From: Acidobacteriota bacterium
Lineage (GTDB): Bacteria; Acidobacteriota; UBA890; WLXD01
Direction of reading: 5' to 3'
NCBI GenBank assembly: GCA_965205505.1
Contig: CBDBHB010000007.1
Coordinates: 224,001-288,000, forward strand
Length of the DNA stretch: 64,000 bases
Part shown: positions 20,558 through 29,654 of the stretch, piece after piece
How the letters are laid out: every line of letters starts with the position of its first letter
How positions within the stretch are numbered: the first letter of the stretch is position 1
The notes under the pieces: generated by a model
What the model was told of the DNA's origin: nothing
The model's database searches: none
The model's input: only the letters and a program-made list of their open reading frames with translations
Translations under genes and position numbers: made by a program

Positions 20558-22084
20558 ATGAGACGAGCCGTACGCCGAGCCGCGGGCCAAACTGGCCTCT
20601 GCCTACTCATCGTCGCCATCGTGACGCTAGCGCCATCCATCCAGGCACAGACCGGAGAGCGCTTCGACATCGTGCTCAGGGGCGGCCGAGTGCTCGACCC
20701 GGAAACCGGCCTCGACGCGGTGCGGAACGTCGGCATTCGCGGCGACAGGATCGATGCGATCTCGGAGGGGCCGCTGACGGGTGCTGTGGTAGTCGACGTC
20801 AGTGGACTGGTTGTGGCGCCCGGGTTCGTCGACCTCCACGCCCACGGCCAGAGCAACGAGGCCAACGTCTACCAGGCGCGCGACGGGGTTACCACGGCGC
20901 TCGAGCTCGAAGGCGGCGTGGGCGATGTCGAGAGCTTCCTCAACCAGCGCCGCGGTGACTCGATCCTGAATTTCGGCGCGTCGGTGTCGCACAGCTTCAA
21001 TCGCGTCTGGGCGATGCCCGCGAGAGCCAACGAGACCGCGCGGCTCGACGAGATGCTCTCGTCTGGGTCAGCGAGCGCCGCAAAGGTGGCCGAGCTCATG
21101 GGCGCGATGGGACGCACCGGCTACGACCCCATTGATCGCCAGGCGATCGGCGGACTACGCGATCGATTCGAACGCGGGCTGCGTGCCGGCGGCCTGGGTC
21201 TCGGTGTGCCGCACCAGTACTACCCCGACGCCGACTACGACGAGATTTTCCGCGTTTTCCAGATGGCCGCGGAGTGGAACGTTCCCATTTACACCCATGT
21301 TCGCAGCATGGACGTCGGGGCCTTCCAAGAGGTCCTCACCAACGCCGCCGTCACTGGCGCACCGCTGCACATCGTGCACGTCAACAGCAGCGGCCTCGGC
21401 GACATCGCGACGGTGCTCGACATTATCGGCGCGGCCCAGGCGCAAGGCATCGACGTCACCACCGAGGTCTACCCGTACACCGCCGGATCCGCCAACATCA
21501 GCTCGGCTCTCTTCGACGAGGGTTGGCAGGAGCTTCTGGGCATCAGCTACGGCGACCTCCAGTGGCAGGACACCGGCGAGCGCCTCACCGAGGAAACCTT
21601 CAACAGGTACCGCGTCGAGGGCGGCATCGTGATCGACCACCTGATGAAACCGGAGTGGATCGAGCTGGCCCTGCGCACGCCGTTCGTCATGGTAGCTTCG
21701 GACGGCTTGCCGTACGCGCCCGGAGCTCACCCGCGCAGCGCCGGAACCTTCTCGCGCTTCCTCGGCTACTACGTGCGCGAGCTCGAGCTCATGCCGTTGA
21801 TCGAGGCCGTCGCCAAGATCTCGCTGATGCCGGCACAACGTCTGCAGAAGGTTGCCCCGATGATGGCGCGTAAGGGACGCCTGCAGGTAGGCGCCGACGC
21901 CGACATCACGGTGTTCGCGCCTGGCCACATCATCGACACTGCCACCTTCGAGGAAGACCTGTCGTTCTCCGAGGGCGTTGAGCACGTGCTCGTCAACGGC
22001 ACGTTCGTGGTGCGCGACGGGGAGACCGTCGAAGGGGCGCGGCCGGGACGCCCGCTGCTCGGAAAGATGTACGGCGGCGGATAG
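20558..22084 (+). CDS. Secreted N-acyl-D-amino-acid deacylase-like amidohydrolase
   Basis: GGAGGAG RBS; APGFVDLHAHG, TTEVYPYTAG, HPRSAGTF, KGRLQVGADADI. Confidence 0.88.
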   Translation: MRRAVRRAAGQTGLCLLIVAIVTLAPSIQAQTGERFDIVLRGGRVLDPETGLDAVRNVGIRGDRIDAISEGPLTGAVVVDVSGLVVAPGFVDLHAHGQSNEANVYQARDGVTTALELEGGVGDVESFLNQRRGDSILNFGASVSHSFNRVWAMPARANETARLDEMLSSGSASAAKVAELMGAMGRTGYDPIDRQAIGGLRDRFERGLRAGGLGLGVPHQYYPDADYDEIFRVFQMAAEWNVPIYTHVRSMDVGAFQEVLTNAAVTGAPLHIVHVNSSGLGDIATVLDIIGAAQAQGIDVTTEVYPYTAGSANISSALFDEGWQELLGISYGDLQWQDTGERLTEETFNRYRVEGGIVIDHLMKPEWIELALRTPFVMVASDGLPYAPGAHPRSAGTFSRFLGYYVRELELMPLIEAVAKISLMPAQRLQKVAPMMARKGRLQVGADADITVFAPGHIIDTATFEEDLSFSEGVEHVLVNGTFVVRDGETVEGARPGRPLLGKMYGGG

Positions 22085-22100
22085 GCAGCCGCGCCGATTC

Positions 22101-22223
22101 CTTGATCCGATCGTTGCCACGGTGGCAAGTGTCGTGCTCCTGGCCGTATGCCTGTGTGCGAGCGCGGTGCCCGCATGGCGAGCCTCATCGGTGAGTCCCC
22201 TCGAGGCCTTCCGCACCGAGTAG
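22101..22223 (+). pseudogene. ADOP/MacB-like permease C-terminal remnant
   Basis: DPIVATVASVVLLAVCLCASAVPAWRASSVSPLEAFRTE* resembles YLPAHRATRVDPVRALRED* of the intact ADOP at 53554. Confidence 0.75.
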
Positions 22224-23564
22224 GCCCAAGTCCGGAAGCCGCGCACCCGGGGAGCCTCCCACCGGCCTCCCTCGCTCTGGTGCGCTCGTGACACCGCCTG
22301 GCCAGACAATGGCGTCGTCGTCGATCGTCAGCTGACCCGTCTTCGGGTCAACGCTGCCCACCGAGACGAAATCGACGGTCTCGCCGTCTGCCTTGTATCC
22401 ATGGCTGTTGAAGATCTGGATCGGCAAGTTGGCGCGATCGTTGGTACCGGGGACGAGCGACACGTGTCCGGTCGCTCCAGCAAAGCTCATCTGGCGTAGA
22501 TACGGCATGAGGTTATGGCCATTCACATCGACACCAGCGGCCTTGACGTCGCGGATCGCGTAGCCCACCGCGAGCATGTGGTCGTAGCTCAACGCTCCAT
22601 AGGAGAACGCCTTCGACGAGGGATCGACGGTTTTGCCGAGGCGTTTCTCGAGTGCCGTCTTGAACCGTGAGAGCGTCGGCGATTCGATGAGCCGGTTCAT
22701 GGGAGCGAAGTAGCCCAGGCTTCCGAGAACGGCTTCGGGCGCCTCGTCTGCCGAGATCATCTCCGCGGCGTAGAAAGAGTAGCCCGGTTGGTTCATCCCG
22801 AGCTCATGCAGCGCACGAAACATCGTCACGGTGTCCGGCGTAGGGCTGGTGTCGACGATGTGCCTGATGCCGGCCTGCCGCACGCTCGTCACATGCGCTT
22901 TGATCGTTGCGTACGGCGTATCGCGCGGGTAGCCGTATTCTTGGGCGATGCGAATGCCTTCACGCTGCGTAGCCTGGTGGACGACGTTCTTGGCCCCCAG
23001 TCCCCAGGCATCGGTCGTATGAAAGTACGCAATCTCCTGGACGCCAAAGTGCGCCGCGACATCGATGAGGTAGCGGTCATATTGCTCGCTCGGAGTGACC
23101 ACGCGCACGAAGTAGGGGAACTCTTCTGCCGACGACAGCACCGACGCGTTGGCGCCGCACGAGATGACCGGGATCTGGTATTTCTCTCCAACCTTGGCGA
23201 TCTCGACCGCGGGGCCGCTGCAATCCGCACCGGTGAGAACGAGGATTCCCTTCCTCATGAGCGTCTCCGCCATGAGAGCTGCGTTCTCCGGCCAGCAGTG
23301 ATAGTCGATCGTGTTCTCGTCGGTCATCCGTACGCGGTCGGCGCCCAGCATGCCTGACGCGTTGATCTCCTGGATGGCGAGCTGTGCGCCGTGCCGCTCG
23401 AAGTCTCCCCAGTCGGCATAGCGGCCGTCCCGGTAGTGGTAGGTGTACATGCCGCCGAGATCGTAGACTTCGGCTGCGCCGCTGGAATCGTGGGCTTCGA
23501 CCGCACCCATGGAAGGGACGAGCGCTGTTACTAGCAGCAAGCCTAGTTTTGTGCCGGGTTCCAT
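22185..23564 (-). CDS. Periplasmic binding protein type I / ANF-receptor (Venus flytrap) domain protein, N-terminus from kinase leader
   Basis: LTGADCSG, IPVISCGANASVLS..FPYFVR, SYDHML, FAGATGHV, IVWPGG; starts MEPGTKLG. Confidence 0.8.
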   Translation of the reverse strand: MEPGTKLGLLLVTALVPSMGAVEAHDSSGAAEVYDLGGMYTYHYRDGRYADWGDFERHGAQLAIQEINASGMLGADRVRMTDENTIDYHCWPENAALMAETLMRKGILVLTGADCSGPAVEIAKVGEKYQIPVISCGANASVLSSAEEFPYFVRVVTPSEQYDRYLIDVAAHFGVQEIAYFHTTDAWGLGAKNVVHQATQREGIRIAQEYGYPRDTPYATIKAHVTSVRQAGIRHIVDTSPTPDTVTMFRALHELGMNQPGYSFYAAEMISADEAPEAVLGSLGYFAPMNRLIESPTLSRFKTALEKRLGKTVDPSSKAFSYGALSYDHMLAVGYAIRDVKAAGVDVNGHNLMPYLRQMSFAGATGHVSLVPGTNDRANLPIQIFNSHGYKADGETVDFVSVGSVDPKTGQLTIDDDAIVWPGGVTSAPERGRPVGGSPGARLPDLGLLGAEGLEGTHR

Positions 23565-23614
23565 GGCGCGATCACACGGAGGTAGGTGAGAGGATGAAGC
23601 CTATCGCCAGAGTG
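23543..23614 (-). repeat. Kinase promoter/leader module copy C (fused to VFT gene)
   Basis: ctctggcgaTAGGCTtcatcctctcacc..gcgccATGGAACCCGGCACAAAACTAG. Confidence 0.85.
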
Positions 23615-23653
23615 GCCGGCGGCACCAGCTCTTGCGACGCTGGCGCTCGGAGC

Positions 23654-24772
23654 TCAGGCTGGTGCCGGCTCCGCCACAACGATCTTCTCGATTGCGGCGA
23701 GCGCCTGCGTAAACTGCTCGGGCTCGGTGGCGCCGAAGGCGACGCGGAAGTGCTCCGGGTGGTCGAAACAGTCGCCAGGCGACAAGAGGATCCCTTCAGC
23801 CGCTAGCCGCTCACAAAGTGGACGCGCCGAGGGTTCGTTGATGACCCACGGAAACGCAATGAGCCCGCCCGCGGGCTCGACCCAATGGAAGCGATCGGCG
23901 TGGCGGTCGAAGAACGCCCGCAGGACGGCTAGATTCTGGCTGCCAACCGACTGTGCGCGGGCCAGCACTCGTTGGCGCTGCCGGAGGGCGATCGCCGATA
24001 GGCGCTCTGACAGCGGCGACGACGAAATCGTGAAGAAGCCACGAAGGTCAAAGTAGCTCTTCTGGCGCTCCCGATCGGTGTCGACGATCCAGCCTAGCCG
24101 CAGGCCGGCCAGCGACATGGCCTTGGACATGTCCCCGATCAGCACGGCGCCGGCGACGGCTGCACCCGCCGCCGAGATTCCGGCATGCGCGATCGGGTGC
24201 TGTACTTGATCGATCGCCAACACCACGCCTCGTTGCGCCGCAGCCTCCTGGATAGCACGCATGGCGGTCGCGTCGACGGTGGCACCCGTAGGGTTGTGTG
24301 GCGTGTTGACGAGGACCAGGCCCGTGCGATCATCAATCAGGTCGATTACCGCCTGTGGATCCAGCCGAAAGCAGTCATTGCGGCTCAGCCGGTACGGACG
24401 CGGCTCCTGGTCGAAGATCGCCGGCAGCGCGCCGAAGCTCGGGTACCCCGGATTCGGGAACACGACGTTGCCGCCGGGCGTGGCGCCGGCGGCAACCAGC
24501 ATCGCGAGACCCTCCGCGGCGCCCGAAGTGATTCGGACGTGCTCCGGGGCGGAGCCCGTGTGCTCGGCGACGGCCTCGCGAAGCTCGCCCGAGCCGGTAA
24601 CGGGCGCGTAGGTGAGCGGGTCGGCGGCGATCGCGTCGGGGGTCAGATCCTCAAGGGCCAGGAGCTCGGAGAGCGTCCACACCGGCCCGGTGCTCCCGGA
24701 CAGGTCGTAGCGCAGTGGACGTGCTTCGTGCTCGTGCATCCAAACTTCGAGGGCGAAGGTCGGGATAGTCAT
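23654..24772 (-). CDS. PLP-dependent aminotransferase class I/II
   Basis: VNTPHNPTG, DMSKAMSLAGLRLGW (PLP Lys), PGDCF..HFRVAFG. Confidence 0.9.
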   Translation of the reverse strand: MTIPTFALEVWMHEHEARPLRYDLSGSTGPVWTLSELLALEDLTPDAIAADPLTYAPVTGSGELREAVAEHTGSAPEHVRITSGAAEGLAMLVAAGATPGGNVVFPNPGYPSFGALPAIFDQEPRPYRLSRNDCFRLDPQAVIDLIDDRTGLVLVNTPHNPTGATVDATAMRAIQEAAAQRGVVLAIDQVQHPIAHAGISAAGAAVAGAVLIGDMSKAMSLAGLRLGWIVDTDRERQKSYFDLRGFFTISSSPLSERLSAIALRQRQRVLARAQSVGSQNLAVLRAFFDRHADRFHWVEPAGGLIAFPWVINEPSARPLCERLAAEGILLSPGDCFDHPEHFRVAFGATEPEQFTQALAAIEKIVVAEPAPA

Positions 24773-24802
24773 CGGGTACCTCCGTACCCCCCCGTCGCGT
24801 GG

Positions 24803-25456
24803 CTACCCGGCGCGAGCTTCGGCAGATGAAAGCTGCTGGCGCGCGATTTCTGCCAGCGCCGGGACCAGATCTCCGTAGCCGGTAAAGCGTCGTTCATACT
24901 CCAGGCCTAGAAATTCCGCCGCTCCGCGCGCGCGCTCGTCCAATTGCGCATCATCGGTTTGGGCGATGTAGAGCGCCTTTGTGTAGTTGCCGAAATACAT
25001 CTCCAGTAGTTCCGGATGCCGGTCGAGACCCAGCGGGCGCTTCAGGAACGCATCGAAGTTGCGTGCCAAGAAATCTGTGATGAAGAAGGTCGTCAGATAG
25101 GCGCCGTCTGCTTCTTCGAAGGCTTGATTGCCCATGTAGAACGAAAAGCAATGCGGCCCTTCTATGCGTGACACACCATGCTTTTCGCACACTTTGTCCA
25201 GCTCGCCGCAGGTACCGCAGTCGGCGTAGCCGACGAATACATCTTGATACCCATCAGCACGCGCCTTGTGGATTGCGATATCCATGGCCGGGGCGATTTT
25301 CTCTGGATGGAAGTGGTAGTCCGCCGGCAGGCACTTCAGGTCGACATAGTCAAAACCCAACTGCGCGTTCACCGCCATGACTTCACGGGCAATCATGCCG
25401 CAGGCGATGACGCGGATCTTGCTCTTGTCTGCTGGGCGCGCCGGTTCCTTGATCAT
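24803..25456 (-). CDS. DUF1638 domain protein
   Basis: VIACGMIARE, YADCGT, GPHCFSF, FFITDFL, PLGLDRHPEL..YFGNY..YIAQT; lower GC than neighbours. Confidence 0.85.
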   Translation of the reverse strand: MIKEPARPADKSKIRVIACGMIAREVMAVNAQLGFDYVDLKCLPADYHFHPEKIAPAMDIAIHKARADGYQDVFVGYADCGTCGELDKVCEKHGVSRIEGPHCFSFYMGNQAFEEADGAYLTTFFITDFLARNFDAFLKRPLGLDRHPELLEMYFGNYTKALYIAQTDDAQLDERARGAAEFLGLEYERRFTGYGDLVPALAEIARQQLSSAEARAG

Positions 25457-25484
25457 GGCTCGAGTTTACAGACAGTCATCGCTG

Positions 25485-26123
25485 CTAGGAGACGGGGCGG
25501 CTGGTTGCCTCACCGACCGCGGCTCGGCGGCTGTATTCGAGCGCACGGAGCACGTATGCGGGGTAGACCCCGGCGCCCAGCGAGCCGGCGATAGCGTAGT
25601 TGTTGGGCCTGAGCTCGTCCGACTGGAAGGCGATCTCCACTCGGCCGCTAACGCTATTGAAGCCCTTCTCCTCGGCATGAGCGCCGATCGTGAGATATGT
25701 CCAGATGAGCGCAGTGCCAGCGCGGATGGGCCGCTCGCCATCAGGCACCCCGAGCGTCACCGCGATGCGGCCGCGGTCGGACCTCCAGCCGCGGAACCGC
25801 GTGTCCCGGAACCTACGGTTGGCGTAGGCGACGCGCTCGTAGAATGCGTCCTTGAACGGGTTTCCCTCCACCCGCAGATCGATGTCACGACGATCCCAGA
25901 AACGGGTGATGAAGGAGGCGCGCTGGTCGGAGGTCTGTAGCTCCTCCCAGATGTCGCGCTCCTCGTCGAGGATCAGGTACTCCGCCGGGCCGTCCAGCCA
26001 GCGGTCGGGGTCGCTCTCGTAGAGCGTCATCGCCTCGGCGGCGTCCTTCGGAAGCTGGCCAAGCGCCGCCGGCGCCACCGTAGGCAGCGCCAGGGTCAGC
26101 GCGGTCACCAATAGAACTCTCAT
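25485..26123 (-). CDS. GWxTD domain protein
   Basis: Signal peptide; FITRFW..R, FYERVAYAN..F, GWRSDRGRI..LG.PD. Confidence 0.85.
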   Translation of the reverse strand: MRVLLVTALTLALPTVAPAALGQLPKDAAEAMTLYESDPDRWLDGPAEYLILDEERDIWEELQTSDQRASFITRFWDRRDIDLRVEGNPFKDAFYERVAYANRRFRDTRFRGWRSDRGRIAVTLGVPDGERPIRAGTALIWTYLTIGAHAEEKGFNSVSGRVEIAFQSDELRPNNYAIAGSLGAGVYPAYVLRALEYSRRAAVGEATSRPVS

Positions 26124-26331
26124 GTCACTCCCCTGTCGTTTCACCCGCGGGCGCGTTTGATATAGGCAATCGGGAGTCTGCCGAGGCTGGTGTGCGCCGA
26201 CTCTCGGACTCTACCAGTAAGTCATGCTCCGCCGGTACCGAATGGGCCTGTCGGCACGAGTATCTCTCGCACGTCATGCTCCCCATCGCCCCGCGTTGGC
26301 GGCTGCGGCCCGGCGAACGAGGGGCGCGCCG

Positions 26332-27807
26332 TCAGGGGGTTTCGTCGAGCAGCCTTTCGAGCTCCGAGCGCAGGCTTTCGAGGATCCGCGCGTGGGAGGC
26401 TGAGTCGATCAGGTTGGTGAGCTCGTGGGGGTCGACCTCGAGATCGTAGAGCTCGTCCATACCCTCGAGCTCCAGATACCGGATGTACTTGTGGCGCTCG
26501 GTGCGAACAGCCCGGTACCCCATGCTGACGATGCGCGGAAAGACGGTGTCGGTGTAGTACTCAATGAGCAGCGATCGCCTCCAGTCGGGCTCTTCGCCGC
26601 GCATGATCGGGACCAGGGAGCGGCCATGCAGGGGGCGCGCGGGCTGCGATTCGCCGATTTCCAAGAGGGTCGGTGCCAAGTCGATACTGAGCACCAGCTG
26701 CTCGGGCATGGCTCCGGCGGTGGCGAGAGCCGGGTAGCGAACCAGCAACGGGATTCGCGCCGTCTCCTCATAGGCCAGGCGCCGCTCACCTCCCAGGCCA
26801 TGCTCGCCGTAGAAATAACCATGGTCGCCCGCCACCACCACTACGGTGTTGTCGAGCTCGGCACGTGCCTGCAGCGCGTTCAGGATCCGCCCTAGACTGT
26901 CGTCGACGCTCAGGAGCATCTCCAGACGCTGCCGTATGGTGGCGTCGGTGGTGCCGCCCCCCGGCGTCAGCGCTGAAAGGCCCTCGATCGGACGTTGAAG
27001 CGCCGGCTGGCCGACGATGGGTCGGAGGGCGTTCAGACGCCGTGAGATCGTCGCGGCGGCATAGCGTCCCCGATGTCGCTCCGCCGCTATGAAGCCGCTC
27101 GGTTGGCCGGCGACGGCGCCAGTGCTGCCGTCGTCGCGCTGCACCACGTTTGGGTGCATTGCTTTGTGTGAGAGGTAGAGGAGAAAAGGAGCGTCGCGAG
27201 GTCGCTCGATAAACTCGAGCGCGTGCTCTGTGAGCACGTCGGTTACATAGCCTTCGGACGGCGTCCGGGTACCGTCGATGTTGAGCAGCGGATCCACGGC
27301 CTCACCCTGACCGCGCATTGCCACCCAGCGATCGAAGCCGGGACGAGGGCTGTCATCGTTGCCCATGTGCCACTTGCCGATGAACGCAGTCTCGTAGCCA
27401 CTCGCCTGCAGGGCTCGCGGGAACGTTGGCAACCGGTGGGTGGCCTCGTCGCGCGCCAGATTGTCGGTGATCCCGTGCGTGTGGGCGTAGAGTCCGGTCA
27501 GGAACGACGCGCGGCTCGGCGAGCAAAGCGGGGTGGTGGTGAACGCGTTGAGAAACCGAACCCCCTCGCGGGCAACGCGGTCGATATTGGGCGTCTGCAC
27601 GAACGGGTGACCGCCGGCACCGAAATCGTCCCAGCGCATGTCGTCGACCAGAACAACGACCATGTTGGGACGCTGGGGCGCCTGAGCCACCGTCGCCCAG
27701 GCGCGCGTAGCGTCGCCCGCGCCGATGAGAGACGCAGCGAGCATGAGCGCGAAGCCCGCGCGCTTGACGGTGGCGCGAAGTCGGGACGGGAAATGCCGCC
27801 TGGGCAT
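26332..27807 (-). CDS. Sulfatase (N-acetylglucosamine-6-sulfatase-like)
   Basis: PNMVVVLVDD, CSPSRASFLTG, GKWH, GDHG, ELYDLEVDPHE. Confidence 0.93.
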   Translation of the reverse strand: MPRRHFPSRLRATVKRAGFALMLAASLIGAGDATRAWATVAQAPQRPNMVVVLVDDMRWDDFGAGGHPFVQTPNIDRVAREGVRFLNAFTTTPLCSPSRASFLTGLYAHTHGITDNLARDEATHRLPTFPRALQASGYETAFIGKWHMGNDDSPRPGFDRWVAMRGQGEAVDPLLNIDGTRTPSEGYVTDVLTEHALEFIERPRDAPFLLYLSHKAMHPNVVQRDDGSTGAVAGQPSGFIAAERHRGRYAAATISRRLNALRPIVGQPALQRPIEGLSALTPGGGTTDATIRQRLEMLLSVDDSLGRILNALQARAELDNTVVVVAGDHGYFYGEHGLGGERRLAYEETARIPLLVRYPALATAGAMPEQLVLSIDLAPTLLEIGESQPARPLHGRSLVPIMRGEEPDWRRSLLIEYYTDTVFPRIVSMGYRAVRTERHKYIRYLELEGMDELYDLEVDPHELTNLIDSASHARILESLRSELERLLDETP

Positions 27808-27994
27808 GATCAATTCACCGATTGGACTGATTCAGTAGCGCCACTCGGATCACAGTGTGGCCGAGGTGGCGCCATCCGACAACTTCTAGCTGGTTGGTGC
27901 CTCGCCGTGACGACAACCGAGGAGAGGAGGGTTAGCATGACCGATGGTTCCGAGCAGGCTCGAGTTACCGTCACAGGCTGGGGAATAGGGCGAG

Positions 27995-28651
27995 ATGCTG
28001 TTGTGTGCGACGGGTCTCGGCCGCCGTCTCGGAGACACCTGGATCTGGCGCGGCGTCGACGTGCAGCTGCAGGCCGGCGAGAATCTGGCGATCCTCGGCT
28101 CCACCGGCGCCGGCAAGTCGTTGCTGCTGCGCTGCCTCGCCGGGCTCGATGTAGCAAACGAAGGTCGAATCGCCGTCAGCGACAGGCCGCTCGACGAGTG
28201 GCAGATGCCCAGCTACCGTGCCCGCGTCGTCTACCTTCACCAGCGGCCGGCGCTCTGGGAAGGAACCGTCGAGGACAACCTGCGTGCCGTTTTTCGTCTC
28301 GCGGCCCATCGCTCGCGCGGCTACGACCGCTCCCACGGGTTGCGCCGGCTCGCGGTCTTCGAGCGTGACGAGGCATTCCTGGGAAAGGCCACGGCGCAGC
28401 TCTCGGGCGGCGAGGCCGAGATCGTCGCGCTGATCCGTGCGCTCAGCGTGGAGCCCTCGGTGCTGCTCCTCGACGAGCCGACCGCCTCGATGGATGCCAC
28501 CGCTACCCGGCAGGTCGAGAAGCTGCTGAAACGCTGGGTGTGTGACGGGCCGAATCGGGCGAGCGTGTGGACCAGCCACAACGCCGATCAGGTGCGCCGC
28601 GTCGCCGGCCGGACGCTGACATTGACCGGTACCGAGCGGTCCGCCTCGTGA
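27995..28651 (+). CDS. ABC transporter ATP-binding protein (FetA/YbbL-like)
   Basis: GSTGAGKS, LSGGE, LLLDEPT, SH motifs; coupled to a FetB-like permease. Confidence 0.88.
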   Translation: MLLCATGLGRRLGDTWIWRGVDVQLQAGENLAILGSTGAGKSLLLRCLAGLDVANEGRIAVSDRPLDEWQMPSYRARVVYLHQRPALWEGTVEDNLRAVFRLAAHRSRGYDRSHGLRRLAVFERDEAFLGKATAQLSGGEAEIVALIRALSVEPSVLLLDEPTASMDATATRQVEKLLKRWVCDGPNRASVWTSHNADQVRRVAGRTLTLTGTERSAS

Positions 28652-29448
28652 ACGGCTACTTGCAGATCGGATACGGGCAGACGGCGATCGCCGGGCTTCT
28701 CATCGTCGCCAACCTGGCGCTGTCGGCGGCGCTGAGCCTCGGTCTCGGCCGCCGTCTGCTCGTCGCGTCGCTGCGCATGAGCGTCCAGCTACTTCTCGTC
28801 GGCCTGGTGCTGGAGTGGGTCTTTACGTTGGAAGACCCCTTGACCGTGCTGGCACTCGCGGTGGCAATGGCCGCCATGGCCGGTGTGGCGGCGGTAAACC
28901 GTACCCGGCGACGCTTCGCCGGCATCTACTGGAGCAGCCTCGTCTCGGTGAGCGGCTCTTCGTTCTTCGTCACCGGGCTGGCTCTGCTGGGGATCGTTCG
29001 GGTCGAGCCGTGGTTTGAGCCCCAGTACCTCATCCCGCTCCTCGGTATGGTGCTGGGAAACACGCTCAACAGCATCTCCCTGTCGCTCGACCGCTTTGTC
29101 GAGTCGTTGGTGCAGCGACACGACGCCGTCGAAGCAACGCTGGCGCTCGGCGGCAGCCGCTGGGAGGCGGCACACGAGCACATCCGCGATGCCATGCGGG
29201 TCGGGCTGATTCCCACGATCAACTCGATGATGGTGATGGGCGTCGTTAGCCTGCCCGGAATGATGACCGGCCAGATCCTCGCTGGCGCCGAACCCGGCGA
29301 CGCGGTCCGTTACCAGATCGTCATCATGTTCATGATCGCCTCGGCGGCCGCCCTGGGCGCCTTCGGCGTGGTGTTCTTCGCGTATCGTCGGCTCTTCGAC
29401 CATCACCACCGGCTACGGCTCGATCGCCTTCGCCAGGTCGATGTCTAA
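28648..29448 (+). CDS. fetB: ABC permease FetB/YbbM (UPF0014)
   Basis: GTGA overlap; RMSVQLLLVG, IPLLGMVLGN, VSLPGMMTGQILAG, AVRYQIVIM. Confidence 0.88.
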   Translation: MNGYLQIGYGQTAIAGLLIVANLALSAALSLGLGRRLLVASLRMSVQLLLVGLVLEWVFTLEDPLTVLALAVAMAAMAGVAAVNRTRRRFAGIYWSSLVSVSGSSFFVTGLALLGIVRVEPWFEPQYLIPLLGMVLGNTLNSISLSLDRFVESLVQRHDAVEATLALGGSRWEAAHEHIRDAMRVGLIPTINSMMVMGVVSLPGMMTGQILAGAEPGDAVRYQIVIMFMIASAAALGAFGVVFFAYRRLFDHHHRLRLDRLRQVDV

Positions 29449-29457
29449 CCACGGCAC

Positions 29458-29517
29458 CGCTACCAAAGAGGGTTGGGTGAGTGGCTGAAACCTATCGCCA
29501 GAGCACATGAGATCCAG
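29458..29517 (-). repeat. Kinase promoter module copy H (promoter and UTR only, no ATG)
   Basis: CTGGAT-N17-TAGGTT: ctggatctcatgtgctctggcgataggtttcagccactcaccc. Confidence 0.8.
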
Positions 29518-29654
29518 TGTTCGGTTTGGAATGGTATTCCGGCTAGTTGACATTGGCCCTGGAGCAGCGGAGGCTGCAGGCGATCTGCACATGGGTCGGG
29601 CTCGAGAAAAGCCGGTGCACCGCGCATTTGCCGCGTTAGAGAATTGGAGGAGTT

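Noticed and set aside
26235-26265. Possible kinase C-terminal scar (ctcgtgccgacaggc, LVPTG)
   Set aside because: Only a 14/15-nt match to the kinase 1 end, too short to exclude chance.
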